The notes under the pieces: generated by a model | What the model was told of the DNA's origin: nothing | The model's input: the letters and a program-made list of their open reading frames with translations, nothing else | Databases searched by the model: none | Translations under genes and position numbers: made by a program | In this document: piece after piece, positions 38,657 through 53,099 of the stretch | Position numbering within the stretch: the stretch's first letter is position 1 | Layout: the number at the start of each line of letters is the position of its first letter | Source of the DNA: Octopus vulgaris | Lineage: Eukaryota | NCBI GenBank assembly: GCA_951406725.2 | Contig: OX597835.1 | Span: 49,910,001 to 49,974,000, forward strand | Direction of reading: 5' to 3' | DNA length: 64,000 nucleotides

Positions 38657-39814
38657 CACCCAGAATCATGCTAATAGCTCAGGGGTGAAATTAGGAATTT
38701 CTCAGGTTTTCTGTGAATCGATTTTGATAAAACTTTTCCCAGCAGCTTTGCACACTATGACAATACCATAGTCATGTTTTCGTTAATTTGTGTAACATCC
38801 TTTTTTTTTATTTATTATTTCAGATTCTTCAGTTTCTGGGTGAATCACGCTAATAGCTTTTGAATGAAATCTAGATATTTTTTGGCAGAAAATGAAGAGT
38901 AATAATATACAGGCAGCAACACCATCAACCTTTCACCGTAAAACCCTAGGAATGTTTAAGTGGTCCTAGCAGAGTGGGAGGGAGCATTGCCATGCATGAA
39001 TACAAGATTCCTTAAAAGTGACAGAAGTATGTCATCTAACCAGGGATTCAAGACCTCCTTCAGGAGATTGCAGAAGGTGGCTGCAGTCACTTTAACCCTT
39101 TCAGGCATCCTGACTGCACCAAGTCTGTCTCCAATGATACCATTCCACAACATGACTCCTCCACCGTGTTGTTGACATTGTAAACGTTGGTGACACTCCT
39201 CTCCAAAATAGACCCAACCATGTGCCCAACCGTCAGGTCCGTCATGGGTTGCCCTGGTTTCATCAGTGAATAGAACACAATGTGATGGGGCATTAAAGGA
39301 GACAGTTTCAGGGATTCTTGTACGGAAGCCATGGTTCTGAAGATGTGATTTCTGATGGTTTTCAGTATATGAGGAAGTCTGGAGGCAATGAAAATGGCTT
39401 TGATTGTTTGTCCAGGTTTCCCATGTAACTTGCGACTAATATTCTTTAAATCCCTAGCTGTCACAGTCTTGGAGGTCCCACAATCAGATCATTTCTTCTT
39501 TGGCAAAGGTCCTTCAGGAATCATCTATGTCCACATAACAACCTAGCTTCTCCACAATGACACGAAGAGAGGTGCCTTTAGCACTTTGATTAAGGCCTTT
39601 TCCATGTCCCATTGTTCTTAGAGGACACATGCTATTAGCGTGATTCATTAAAAAACTGAAGAATCTGAAATAGAGAAAAAAAAAGGACATTATGCAGAAT
39701 AACAAAAACATAACAATGGTGTTGCCATAATGTGCAAACCAGCTGGGAAAAGTTTTATCAAAATCGATTCACAGGAAAATGAGAACTCCTAAACTATTAG
39801 CATGGTTCTGGGTC
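38657..39814 (-). mobile_element. Internally deleted Tc1-type transposon with ~200-bp TIRs
   Basis: Long TIRs, each bearing two ATCAYGCTAATAG direct repeats; internal VFMHGNAPSHSA and MLWNGII transposase fragments; TA flanks. Confidence 0.85.
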
Positions 39815-41260
39815 ATATATTATTACTTATGGTGAATTAAAAACAAACCACAACTGTTAGTTGCCTCAGCTTGTTGGTTCAATACTACATACCCAGCCGA
39901 TCCTGTTGATGGAATCCCAGATTCTATTGCATCCTGCAACTGAACTATATATATATATATATATATATTATGGAGTAGGTTGAGTGTATCGTCATTGTTT
40001 CAGTGTACTCTTTTCCATACTTACATAAATCAAGTGGAATTTTGAAGTAAATTTTCTGCAATCAGAAGCCCTTCCTGTCCCCAACTCACACGTATTTCCA
40101 AACCAGGTAATACTTCACATACCTGGATGTCTTTCAAAGAAGACCTAAAATGAACAGCACTTGTTAAATGGTTATGCCTCTTTACTACCATCATGTGATG
40201 TTAGGACAAGAGTTCAAACACACACAACATATAATCTTTTATCTTTCACTTGGGCCCTGTCGATCCATACAGCATTGCCAGAGTCTAACAAGCTGCAGAA
40301 CTATGCCAGGCCCTAATCTCAGCTTTAGCTTTGTCTCTACAGCTGGATGCCCTTCCTAATGCTAAGCAATTCACTATGTACACTGGGTGCTTTTTCAAAT
40401 CACCAGCTCTAGTGAGGTCCCAAAAGACCAAGCATACCGTAATGTAGTTGGCATTAGAGAGGGCACCAAACAATTGAAACTATACCAAAATTAAGAGTGG
40501 TGCAAGACATGGTCAATAGACTTGTTGGATCCTGCCAAAACGTCTGCCTCATGTAAGCATGGAAACTGGATGAAAAGTTATATATATATCATCATTTAAC
40601 CTCTGCTTTCCATGCTGGTATGGGTTGGACGGATTCACTAAAAACCGGTAAGCTGCACCAGGCTTCAATCTGATTTGGCAAGGTTTCTACAGCTGGACGC
40701 CCTTTCTAACGCCAACTACTCCATATGGGCACTTTTTAAGTGCCATTGACATGACACCAGCACCGGCCATGACTACGACTTCACTTGGCTTGACCGGTCT
40801 ACACAAGCACGGTCCATCACCAGAGCTCTTGCTCCCCTGTCACTGCCTCCGTGAGATCCAATGCTCAAACGGCACTTTTTAAGGGCCACAACTACGATTT
40901 CACTAGGCTTGACTGGTCTTCTCAAGAAAAGCATATCGCCCCCAACGTCTGAAGGGTGCTTTCTATGTGCCAGATACGCAACACTGGCATTAGTCACAAC
41001 TACGATCTCTCTTGTCTTGACAGGTCTATACAAGCAGGGTGTATTGTCAAAGGTCTCAGTCCCCTGCCACTGCCACCATGAGGCCCAACATTTGAAGATC
41101 ATGCACCAACACCTTGTCCCATATCTTCCTGGGTGCAGCTTTTCTTTCTGCATCTGTCCTCATCCATACGCATCACATGGCCGTACAAGCACAGTCATCT
41201 CTCTTGCATACGACATCTGATACCTCTTATGCCCAACTTTTCTCTCAGGAATAGATAAAC

Positions 41261-41303
<43 letters not shown>

Positions 41304-42169
41304 TGTGTGTGTGTGTGTGTGTGTGTGTCAAAAGTCACACACCAAAACAGTTAACATTTTATTTATATTACATCATTATCATCATTGTTATTATTAATTT
41401 CATTCATCATGTACAAGTACTTGAGCATTCATCATTATTCTAATCTATCTTAGAAGCATGTCTTTGACAATTCCAGAGTATACTAAACTTATTTTGTGTG
41501 TGGACTTTTGCCCTGCCCTGTATAATTCACACACAGACACACACACACACACACACACACAAATACAGTAAAACAAAGACACAAAGGAGTTCTGAATGAA
41601 AGCCAAAATAACAAAATAAAACAAACGATATTAAACTAACCTAAGAGTAACTTTATTAGCAATTCATGTCACTATTTTTGCTGGTCCAATGTATATAATG
41701 TAACCATGTTTGTTTGCTTGTAGTTTTGGTAGTTTTTTGGGGTTTTTTTTTTTCATACAATCTGTTTCCACAATGATGGACACCACAGAGACAGACACAC
41801 AGACAGATATTGATTGATTGATTGAACAAAGGCAAATTGAACAGAAAACTGGATGTCTGTAAATAGATGTGCATGTGTGTGTGTGTGTGTGTGGATGTAT
41901 GTAGATATGTTCATATTTTGTGTAGGTAGTGAAAACAAAGAGACAGACAGACAGAGAGTTGGTGATGGCTTGGTACGATAATATACCAGATGTAAATGAA
42001 AGGGAAAGAAGTGAAACGTAAAAGAAATAACAAACGGATGCAGGCAGAGAAGGCAGGTGTATATGATGGCATGAGAAAATGATGAGGGTTTCCAAGGAAG
42101 GGGAAAGGAAAAGAAATAGAAAAAAAAAATCTTGAAATGGTGATACTTCAGAAGTTTTACATAAAGTTT

Positions 42170-42243
42170 TCACTTCTTGGTGGCACTGGCCAGAACTTCT
42201 TTGAGAATGGATGCAACATCAACTTCTGGCTCATCAGTATTAC
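42170..42243 (-). CDS. SMARCAD1: SMARCAD1 last coding exon
   Basis: TTTTCAG acceptor; (C)NTDEPEVDVASILKEVLASATKK*; phase consistent. Confidence 0.8.
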
Positions 42244-42763
42244 CTGAAAATGCAAAATATAACAAACATCCAGATTTAGACAAAAATAATGTGTTTAGAG
42301 AAAGATTAATGAGTTTAGAAAAGAATTATCAAAGGAAGAAAACTAATGTCTTCAGAGTAGAAACTGAGATATCTATGAAAAACTCAAAGCTAAATTGGAT
42401 CTGGCTTAGATCCTTAAGTCTTAACTTCCTATGCAACCCAGCAGAGCATGAGATTGCATTAGTAGACAGCCAATCCTGAGATGAAGGGGATCACAAGCCC
42501 CTTAATAACCTTGTTTACATTCATTTCAAATGAGGAAAAACTCTCAATATAGAAGGACAACCACTGATCTTTCCTTTCATTCAATTCTCTTCTGTGACAA
42601 TTATTACAGGACTGGAGTTTCTGATGCAGGAAGTTAAAAGAAAACATTCAGCAGTTAATTTCAGGAAACATTCAGGGTATAGCAAGGGGAACACTTAGTA
42701 ATTATAACAGAATAATGACTGGAAAAAGTAGAGAAAGAAAACAATATGAGAAAAAATACTCAC

Positions 42764-42879
42764 AGTTCTGGACAGAGCTCGAGGTGACATCTTTCTCTAG
42801 GCTCAGCTTCTTCTGAGCACACCGGAACATGGCTTCTTCAACAGTATTCTTACTCAGCAGTCGACATATTTTCACAGCC
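42764..42879 (-). CDS. SMARCAD1: SMARCAD1 exon
   Basis: (K)AVKICRLLSKNTVEEAMFRCAQKKLSLEKDVTSSSVQN; AG/GTGAGT. Confidence 0.9.
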
Positions 42880-44254
42880 CTGAAACCAGACAAGAGAACA
42901 TCACAAGATTTAGTCTTTATTTTTATTTTTTGAAAGAAAATTATTATGTCAACGTTCCTTTTATCTTCTCTTTGCTTTGACCACTGCCCTACCACCACCA
43001 CCACCACCACCACCACACCTCATTGTATCTTTTATCTTTTACTTGTTTCAGTCATTAGAGCCATGCTGGAGCACCACCTTGAAGGATTTTTAGTGAAGTG
43101 AATCAACCCCAGTATTGATTTTCGTTAAGCCTGGTACTTATTCTATCAGTTCCTTTGTCACAAACCACTAAGTTATGGGGACATAAACACACCGACACTG
43201 ATTGTCAAGCGATATGGGTAGACACACACACACACACATAGTTATATATATAATACAAATAAGAAAATGGAGGAACGGATTCATTTCAATCATCGACTTA
43301 CAGATATTACCAATTCATATTATTTATTAACCACAAAAATAGGAACATCCAAACCCAACAAAAGAAAACAATAAACTCATTCATTACACACACGATGGGC
43401 TTCTTTCAGTTTCCGTCTACCAAATCCACTCACAAGGCTTTGGTTGGACTGAGACTATAGTAGAAGACACCAGCTCAAGGTTTCATGCAGTGGGACTGAA
43501 CCTAAAACCATGGGGTTGGGAAGCAAGCTTCTTACCACACAACCACGCCTGCTGTAACCTCTTTCTCTCTCTCCTTTACCTCGCTTTTATTCGTTCCTGT
43601 TATAACTTTATACTCAATACACCTAACATATATACACATATACATACATCTATATATCGACTACATATGTGGAAATCTGTGAGTGTTTGTGACATTGTTA
43701 TCTAACTCCTCCAAGACCATTTTATCGATTTTGATGAAACTTTCTGGAAAACTAGTGGCATACTTAGATTGTTGAAAAAAATCTACGATAGGGCCCCTGG
43801 AAGGGATGACCATCGTCCATCTTTCTTTTCCTTCAGCACAGTCCTAAGGACTGGACATATTCTGTCTCTTTCTTCTATCTTTTCTCTTTTCAAAGAAAAT
43901 ACTTCTCCAGCGTTTGCCATTTTACTCTCATTCTTGTCTAACAACCCTCCATGTTTGTTTTCATTTGGTTTCCTTCTATGTCTCCACTGTCCTGTTATTG
44001 TTCCCAACTCTGACACTCCAGAAATCCCAAATTTTAATTTCGTACTTATGGGAGTAACTGTCCTCAAAGACTAATATTGTTGTTCAATGCTCAAAATGAA
44101 GAGGAGACAGACGGCTGACAACTGATGAAGGGTTGTTCTTTATGTTACTTGTCCTGTTGTCCATTTGTTTCTCTCGTTGTTTGCATATTGAACTCATTTG
44201 TTTTCATATTTCATGTTGTTTACTGTTGGTGACATCCTGTACCCATACATGCAT

Positions 44255-44289
<35 letters not shown>

Positions 44290-44295
44290 AATTTG

Positions 44296-44827
44296 TTTTT
44301 TCAGAATGAGATAAAAATCCAAGGCTGCGAAGATTTTAGAACATTTATAAATAGATCTTACAGCTGTTTCCAGGATATTTTTTTATATCCCTTCATTGGA
44401 GACAGTGTGAGAAAATGGTTAAGCAATAGTTAATTTAGATAAGATACGAAATAGAGGGTGAAGTGGAGGAATGAAAATAGATGTGAGATATACAGGGATA
44501 TTGCATTTGTAGATCCATTATTTAGGCTGAATGGTTTACATATAAGATTCCAATACCTTGTGAGTAAAATCCAATAGTATTTAAAATTGGTCATTCCCTA
44601 AATAATGGGTCTACAAATGCAATATCCCTACATATCTCACGTCTATTTTCATTCCTCCACTTCTCTCTCTATTTCATATCTTATCTAAATTAACTATTGC
44701 TTAACCATTTTCTTACACCGTCTCCAATGAAGGGATATAATAAATATCCTGGAAACAGCTGTAAGACCTTCTATTTATAAATGTTCTGAAATCTTCACAG
44801 CCTTGGATTTTTATCCCATCCTGAAAA
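44296..44827. repeat. Long inverted repeat (~230-bp arms, ~70-bp spacer), Penelope-terminal-repeat-like
   Basis: 44296-44526 is the near reverse complement of 44597-44827; each arm has a hammerhead-like motif. Confidence 0.9.
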
Positions 44828-45059
44828 GAAAAAAATTGTTTTATATTTATATACATGCTAATATATGACCTACATTGGACTCCTTATTTGCATAATCACT
44901 GAACCTGGAGCTTAACTATGGTCTGTCCATAGCACTTACTCAGCATTACCCGACACCTTTGGGTCTTATTGACAACATTACCTCTCATAGCCTCTAGGTA
45001 TATATATATATATATATAAAGTTGGTACATGGATACATGAGTTCCTTACAAATAGAACT

Positions 45060-45535
45060 GCACCAGGCCAGTCAGATGTGGCAGTGTTTCTACAGCTGGA
45101 TGCCCTTCCTAACGCCAACCACTCCGAGAGTGTAGTGGGTGATTTTATGTGCCACCGACACAGGTGCCAGACGAGGCTGGCAGACGGCCACGCTCGGATG
45201 GTGTTTTTTATGTGCCACCGACACAGGTGCCAGACGAGGCTGGCAGACGGCCACGCTCGGATGGTGTTTTCTTATGTGTCACCGACACAGGTGCCAGACG
45301 AGGCTGGCGGACGGCCACGCTCGGATGGTGTTTGTTACGTGCCCTCAGCACGGAGGCCAGTCATTGCGGTACTGGCTACGGTCACGTTCGGATGGTTTTC
45401 TTATGTGCCACCGGCACTGGTACCACAAGGATACAAATTCCATTGATGTTCATCTATTTTGATTTGGTTCGATTTGATTCGATACGATTCGATTCTCACT
45501 TGCCTCAACAGGTCTTCACAAGTGTCACAAGAAGG
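45060..45535 (-). mobile_element. RTE 3' UTR fragment with ~63-bp tandem repeats
   Basis: Reverse complement of the 38210-38490 type sequence; lacks the (GAT)n tail. Confidence 0.85.
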
Positions 45536-45540
45536 AATAT

Positions 45541-46718
45541 ATATAAAGTTGGTACATGGATACATGAGTTCCTTACAAATAGAACTCAAACAGTCACTGT
45601 GAATGGAACCCATTCAGCACCATCACCTGTGACCAGGTGTGTTCCTCAGGGTACAGTACTCGGCCCAATCCTGTTTCTCATCCTCATCTCTGACATAGAT
45701 GAAGATACAACCAGCAATGTCTCATCCTTTGCTGATGACACCAGGGTCATGAGACAAATCAAAGACGAGGTGGATACAGAGGCCTTACAAAAGGACCTGA
45801 CCACCATATATAAATGGCAGGAAACAAACAACATGTTGTTCAATGATAAGAAGTTTGAACTAATTCACTACGGAACAGATCAAGATCTGAAAAATACAAC
45901 AAACTACAGAAACCCATCAGGACAACAAATAATGGAAAAACAGTATGTGAAAGATTTAGGCATCCACATGGGAACCAGCCTAAAATTCAGAGAACACCTT
46001 GACTCAGTCTGTCTTACTGCAAGAAAGTACAGCGGGTGGATCTTGCGCACCTTCAAATCAAGAGATATCTCAACAATGAAAACCCTCTGGAACAGTATGA
46101 TACTTCCGAGGATTGACTACTGTTCTCAGTTGTGGTCACCAACAACAAAGGGCCAACTATTTAAGATGGAATCGCTCCAAAGAAATTTTACCTCATACTT
46201 CTCAGAAACGAGGGACCTGGACTATTGGCAAAGACTCAAAACCTTGAAGATGTACTCAATAGAAAGAAGATTTGAGCGATACCGAATTATATACATTTGG
46301 AAAATGATAGAGCAAAAGGTGCCAAACTTTGGTATCAAAACCTACCACTCACTGCGCCACGGAAGACGCTGCCAGCTACCACCAATCATCAAAAAGGCTG
46401 GCCAGGCAGCAAAAACCCTGCGAGAGTCAAGTCTGTTGGTTCGAGGAGCACAACTATTCAACTCCATTCCGGTACATGTCAGAAATCTATCAGGATGCAG
46501 TGTGGAATCATTCAAATTGCAGCTGGATAGATACTTAAGCACCATTAGAGATGAACCCCATCTCCCAGGATATACACAACGAGCACAAACTGACTCAAAC
46601 TCGCTCCTACACATGTCAAAATTAAACAGAGAATACAACCTGGCAACCACACCAGACTCTGAGGGTGGAGTCTTCGACTTGGCCTGAGCATGGACTCAAA
46701 CTCAAATGAAATGAAATG

Positions 46719-46720
<2 letters not shown>
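45541..46720 (+). mobile_element. 5'-truncated CR1-like LINE with uninterrupted RT C-terminal half
   Basis: VPQGTVLGP, FADDT, DLGI, PRIDYCSQLWSP motifs; stop at 46687; (AAATG)n tail; flanked by (TA)n. Confidence 0.92.
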
Positions 46721-46768
<48 letters not shown>

Positions 46769-47996
46769 CTGTGTATTAAGAAGTTTGCTTCCTAACCACA
46801 TGGTTCTGGGTTCAGTCCCACTGTGTGGCACCTTGGGCAAATGTTTCTACTATAGCCTCGGGCTGACCAAAGCCTTGTGAGTTGATATGGTAGATAGAAA
46901 CTGAGAGAAGCCTGTTGTATATATAAGTATTTGTGTGTGTTTGTACCTCCAGCATCAGTTGTCAACCGTGTTGGTGTGCTTACATCCCTGTAGCTTAGCG
47001 GTTTGGCAAAACAGACTGATAGAATAAGTACTAGGCTTACAAAGAATATGTGCTGTAATTGATTTGTTCAACTAAAGGCAGTGCTCCAGCATGGCTGCAG
47101 TCAAAATGACTGAAACTAGTAAAAGAATAAAAGGAAACATCTATCCAACAACCTCCGTCATCACTTGCAAGGTTTTAAGAAATTTGCCTCACAATCAGAT
47201 CCTTCAACTACAGCCCCAGGCTGACAAATACTGTGGGAGTGAATTAGGCAGATGGAAACTGCAAGGAAGCCATTGTGTGTGTTGTGTGAGTGTGTATGTG
47301 AAAGTGCATGAATGTCGATATTCCCGGTTTGTCACTGCTTGAGTAAAAGTGACAATGTTTGTATTCCTTGCTGACATCACTCTGCACTTCCTCTCTTTTT
47401 ATTTTGTCACTGCTTTCACAGATTCCCGTGACCCTCTGTCGCCATCCAATTCCATTATTATGAATTTGAACTGGAAGCTTGAGCCATAGCAAATCTTTCA
47501 TCAGCTGACTACACAACCATGGCCACCACTCCTATTGATGATCCTGACCATTCATCTTCCAAGGTTCCTCCACTCAGCATCAATATGTCAGAAGCACAGC
47601 TCAGTTCTGCCACCTCTTCACACTGCCATGCTACAGTCCCATGACTTTGCTGTATCCCTGGCAGGGTGGTTGAGTGGGTGGGTGGGTGGGTGCTGTGCTT
47701 TGCCAAAGGGCAGCTCATGACTATGCAGAGCACAGCCGTCGCCCCATGAGGTGGGCTTCTCAAAATACCCACATACCCAACTCTCTCTGAAAAACAAAGC
47801 AATGGAGACTAGGGGTCAGCATAAAAAGGCAGTAAGTGACATGAAACCAGCAATCTTCTTGTAGACAACTTGGCTTGGTACAAGCATAAAACAAATCAAA
47901 ACAATGGTATATAAGAATGCGAATAAGACAGGTGTCTGGTGAATATGTGGGGGGGGGTGAGAGGTGTAGATGTTGTGCGTAAACAGACAATGCTTA

Positions 47997-48317
<321 letters not shown>

Positions 48318-49142
48318 TCAAAACACCAGCAGAGTGCATTGGGCACATTCTACCATGGCACCAACACTAAGCAGACTGTCATGTTCTCAACAAAACCAAA
48401 AGTTCTTCTAGATTCTAAACGCTTGGGGTTCTATAGTGAACCAATATTAGACAAGCAGAGACAAAGGTTAAAAACAAAAAAAAAAGGTACATTTGATGAG
48501 TGTAATCCTAGGTATACTTTTACACAGTAGGACTCCTAACAACTGAAATATTTTTTATCATAGGGCTCTCGATAAAGAGTGAACTTAAGCTAAAGAAACA
48601 ATAACAAAAAGCAGTACAGATTAAATATAACAATAATAATAATAATCCTTTCTACTATAGGCAGAAGGCTTGATTTTGCGGGGAAAGGGGTGACTCAAAT
48701 TCATTGGTCCCTGAGCATAAATGGTCCTTTATTTTACCAACCCTGAAAGGATGAAAGATAAAGTTGACCACAGCAGAATTTGAACTCAGAACATAAAGAC
48801 AGACGAAATACCACTAAGCATTTCACCCAACATATTAATGATTCAGCCAACTCACTGCCTTAATAACAATACTTATTTCTACTATAGACACAAGGCCTGA
48901 AATTTGCGGGAAGGGGGATAGTCAATTATATCAACCCCAGCACATAACTGGTACTTATTTTATTGACCCTGAAAGGATGAAAGGTAAAGACAACCCTGGC
49001 AGAACACTGCTAGGCATTTTGCCCAGTGTGCCGACGATTCTGCCACCTTGCCGCCTTAATAATAATAACCACAACAGTACCCCAGCATGGTCACACAGTG
49101 TAAAAACAATAGTGGAGAGCTTCCTTCTTTAGTTCCACTTAC

Positions 49143-49264
49143 CTTTCTTGTACAGGAGTTTGTCCATCAAGTCTTAAATATTTCATATCTTCTTTTAATT
49201 TCAGATATTCCTCTAAAATGTCTAGTACCATTGTGAATTGACTAAAGATGAGTACACGGTCTCC
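49143..49264 (-). CDS. SMARCAD1: SMARCAD1 exon (motif IV)
   Basis: [40 protein letters not shown](R); AG/GTAAGT. Confidence 0.95.
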
Positions 49265-50627
49265 CTACAAAACGAAAAGTAAAACTACCGACATCAGAAA
49301 GTCTGACAAACACAGCAAAATCAAAATGCCTTTTACATTACTTTCAAAACGTTTATGTGTTTTCTCTTGAATGTGTGTGTGTGTGGTGTGTGTGTATATA
49401 TAATCATCGTCCATTTTCCATGCTAGCATGGGTTGGATAGTTTGATTGAAGCTAGTAAGGCCAGAGGGCCACGCCAGGCTCCATAGTCTGTTTGGCATGG
49501 TTTCTAAGACCGGATGCCCTTGCTAACACCAACCCCCCTATGAACTGTACATGATGCTTTTAACGTGGCCACAAACACCGGCATCAATTCTGCTGTGGTG
49601 GATGGGTCTTCTCAAGTAGAGCAAGGTGCCAGATATCTCAGTCCTTTGTGAGGATCAGGGGCTTCATCCCTTCTCTCTATATATTTGACACACACACACA
49701 TACATATATACAAGTGCAGGCATGGTTGTGTGGTTAAGAAGCTTGCTTCCCAACCACATGGTTTCAGGTTCAGTCCCACTGTGCAGCACCTTGAGAACCA
49801 ACTTTGAAGATATGTGCTGAGTGCCCTTCGGCTTTACACAAACCTTAAAAAATGAGTAGAAAACAGATATTTAACACAACTTTGTCAACTCCATTCAAAA
49901 TTGCGTTTTCTAAATTGACAGATGCAAAGAAATTAGACCTGATCCTCACAAATCCGATGCAGTCTACACTTTTCTCTTTTGTACACCTGAGTGAATAGAC
50001 ACTGTGTGTCTATTCAATACTGAAAATGCTTTACTACTCATAAACTGAACATACAGATGCAGCGTTTGCCCTGCAGCGAAGTATCATATCCCAATAGCAA
50101 TCAATAATAAATGGAAGAAATAAACTGAAATGGGATAAATTCAATAAATTCAATAAAAGCCTTACAGAGTAGTCTGCCCCTTGGATCTCAGACGTTAATA
50201 GACGATTGTAGAGTTGCCTCCCCTAAAAGCAAATCTTACCCATTATCACCATCTTCATTTAACGTCCACATTTCCATGCTTAGAACTTATTGAAAGAGAT
50301 TTACAACAGGACGCCATTCCTGTCACCAACCATCACTTGTTTCCAAGGTAATATTTTTGCCATGGTTTGACATGTCTTTCACAAAAGAGTGGAAACAAAC
50401 AACCTCGCTTGTATGACAATGATACTCATATACAACCATCAAGTGATGGCAAAACAAGGCTACACACACATGTAAATGATTGTGCCATACAGTGAGATGG
50501 GGAAAACAACAATAGCCACACTCTCCATTCTCAAATTTGCAAAATTGATAAAGTGGGGGAACCTACTAAATAAAAAGTTTCCAAGCAAAATGACAAAAAA
50601 AAAAGTCTTGAACAAAAAATTACTTAC

Positions 50628-50723
50628 AACTTCCCGGAAATCTGGTAGCAATTCGTCCATCTTCCGAAATTTCCCAGAATCCAAAATCACAGAAGGGTTT
50701 AAAGCATAATGTCCAAGATGTTT
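50628..50723 (-). CDS. SMARCAD1: SMARCAD1 exon
   Basis: KHLGHYALNPSVILDSGKFRKMDELLPDFREV; AG/GTAAGT. Confidence 0.92.
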
Positions 50724-51082
50724 CTGTAAAATTTTTTAAGGATTTCTTTATTCGTTACAGAGGAAAATGCAATTCATTTTGTAAAGAAATTGGAAAGACA
50801 TAACAAGGACAAAAAGTAAGAAATTATGAAATAGAAGAAACAGATTGAAGCCTTCGATAATTTGTGTAAGTATGGGAAGGGCTGTGATTCTAAGTTCAAT
50901 TTCACCATGTTATCCACCTTATGGAAATAGCAGCCAAAATTCCATCAAATCACACCTAGTCACCAGGCCTCAAAGAAGGGATGGTCACTGATGAAACAAT
51001 TGGTTATATGTCTACAGAATTAGGGAGAGTGAGTTGGGGTCAAGCAAGAAGCACAAAAAGTAAAAGAGGGACATTCACTTAC

Positions 51083-51184
51083 CTTGTACAGAAGGCAGAG
51101 TTTGTGTAATTCAAAATCAGACATAACCTCCATGTCTTGATAAATAACAGAGGGTAAAGCATTCCGATCTCGATGAGACGGTTC
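51083..51184 (-). CDS. SMARCAD1: SMARCAD1 exon
   Basis: [34 protein letters not shown] (DMEVM.DFELH is typical of SMARCAD1/Fun30); AG/GTAAGT. Confidence 0.93.
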
Positions 51185-52160
51185 CTTCAAAACGAAACAG
51201 AGGAGAAAAAACAAATGATAAAAATCCTAAACAAAACTGAGAAAATATTTCTATATGTAATAACACACATAAGTGTATGGTGGGGTTAAAAGTTCCCTTC
51301 ACAATCAGGATGTTTTGGGTTTAGTCCATCGTACAGTTCCTTTTGGATAAGTCTTAAATATTTTCAGAAACTGCTCAGTGGCACTTCACATTCTGAGTTC
51401 AAATCATGCTCAGATCAATTTTGTCCTTCAGAAAGAACATTTTCTTTCTTTCTGTTACTAGTTTCAGCCATTCGATTGTAGCCCTGATGGAGTGGGGGGG
51501 GGGCATACTACCTTGAAGGATTTTTAGTCAAACCTATCAACCCCACTACATTTTTTTATAAAAGCTGATAATTAATCGATTGGTTTCTTTTGCCGAACCA
51601 CTAAGTTACGGGGACATAAACACACCAGTGCCAGTTGTCAAGTTGTTGTAGGGGACAAATACAAACTCAAAGACACACACACACACATGCATGTATGACT
51701 GGCTTCTTTCAATTTCCATCTACTAAATCCACTCACAAGGCTTTGGGCAGCCAGAGGCTATAGTAGAAGACACTTGCTCAAAGTGCCACGCAGTGGGATT
51801 GAACCCAAGGCCAAACCCAGGAAGAAAGTTTCTTAACTACACAGCCATAGCGGCACCTGCTAAGTTACAGGTGCATAAACATAATGATACCAGTTACCAA
51901 GTGGTGGTGGTGGTGGTGGAGGTAACACACACACGTAACAGGCTTCTTTCAGTTTCTGTCTACCAAATCTATTCAGAAAGCTTTGGTCAGCCTGAGGTTA
52001 TAGATGAAAGCACATGCCCAAGGTGCCACGCAGTGGGATTGAAACCAGAACTAAATGGTTGGAAAGTAAACTTGTGAGCCCACAGCTACACACCTGCACC
52101 TAATTAGTAAAATAAGTACTTAAAGGGGGGAAAAAAACAAAGAAAATTATTTGTACATAC

Positions 52161-52397
52161 TTTGGCAATTGCTGTAGACATAGAACGTAGCAATGAATTA
52201 TTAAAGTGTCTTCTTTGCAACAACGGATGGTTTGCAAGTTTCCGCAGCTGCATCAACATGCACTGCCGTGTGTTGCCGTCAGCATTGTCAACTTCCTTAG
52301 TAAATTGGTTAATCATGTTTTCATACTGTTCCTGTTGGTCTGGAATCATCTGGCAATACAAGACCTCTTCCACTTTCGGTGGCATTTGCTTCAAAAC
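52161..52397 (-). CDS. SMARCAD1: SMARCAD1 exon
   Basis: VLKQMPPKVEEVLYC..MLMQLRKLANHPLLQRRHF..AIAK; AG/GTATGT. Confidence 0.94.
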
Positions 52398-52620
52398 CTG
52401 GCAGCAAGGAATAATGATTAACAGTTATTCATAAAATGATGACGTCAGAGGTCCATATGCTAACAAGCAACAATGACAATAAACCAATAAGAGAGCCTCT
52501 ATTCGGTTATTCAACATGCTAAAAAGAACAACTAAATCTCTTTAAAAATTACATCCTAACATTTAACAAAGCAAAAATATAAAAAAAAGAAAAAAGAAAA
52601 GAGACAAAATATAAACTTAC

Positions 52621-52719
52621 CTGAGATTTCAACCGCCGCAACATAAATGGACGCAATATCTTCTTGGCATGAGCAATACGTTCCATTTCATAATTACTTC
52701 GCTTATCATCTTGGGATTT
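52621..52719 (-). CDS. SMARCAD1: SMARCAD1 exon
   Basis: KSQDDKRSNYEMERIAHAKKILRPFMLRRLKSQ; AG/GTAAGT. Confidence 0.94.
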
Positions 52720-52927
52720 CTGAAACAGGAATATTGCTCATTACACCTTAATAACCCCATTTCTTACCATAATTATTCAACTTGTAACCTACCATAATTA
52801 CCAGTACTTTCCCCAAGTTTCATGACTTGCAAGAAATAGCAGCTAAAATATGTCTGTCTACTTTTTCATTTATTATATTTGGAATCCAAAGATAATACCA
52901 TGAGCTGACATAGACTGAACCTAATAA

Positions 52928-52958
<31 letters not shown>

Positions 52959-53099
52959 CACATGTCATCATCTCTGTTGCTTTCACATCCACTTTCCAAC
53001 CTGACATGGAGAATTCATCACAGTTTGAGTTACATTAAATAACAACTCTCCTAAAAGTATCAACGGTAGCACATCTTGCTTTTAAGAATGATTTTAAAC

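Noticed and set aside
45149-46687. 512-aa ORF as a host gene
   Set aside because: Fusion of antisense RTE repeats and a truncated CR1 reverse transcriptase; no ATG start.
52440-52447. TGACGTCA in a SMARCAD1 intron
   Set aside because: Single site with no promoter context; compatible with chance.
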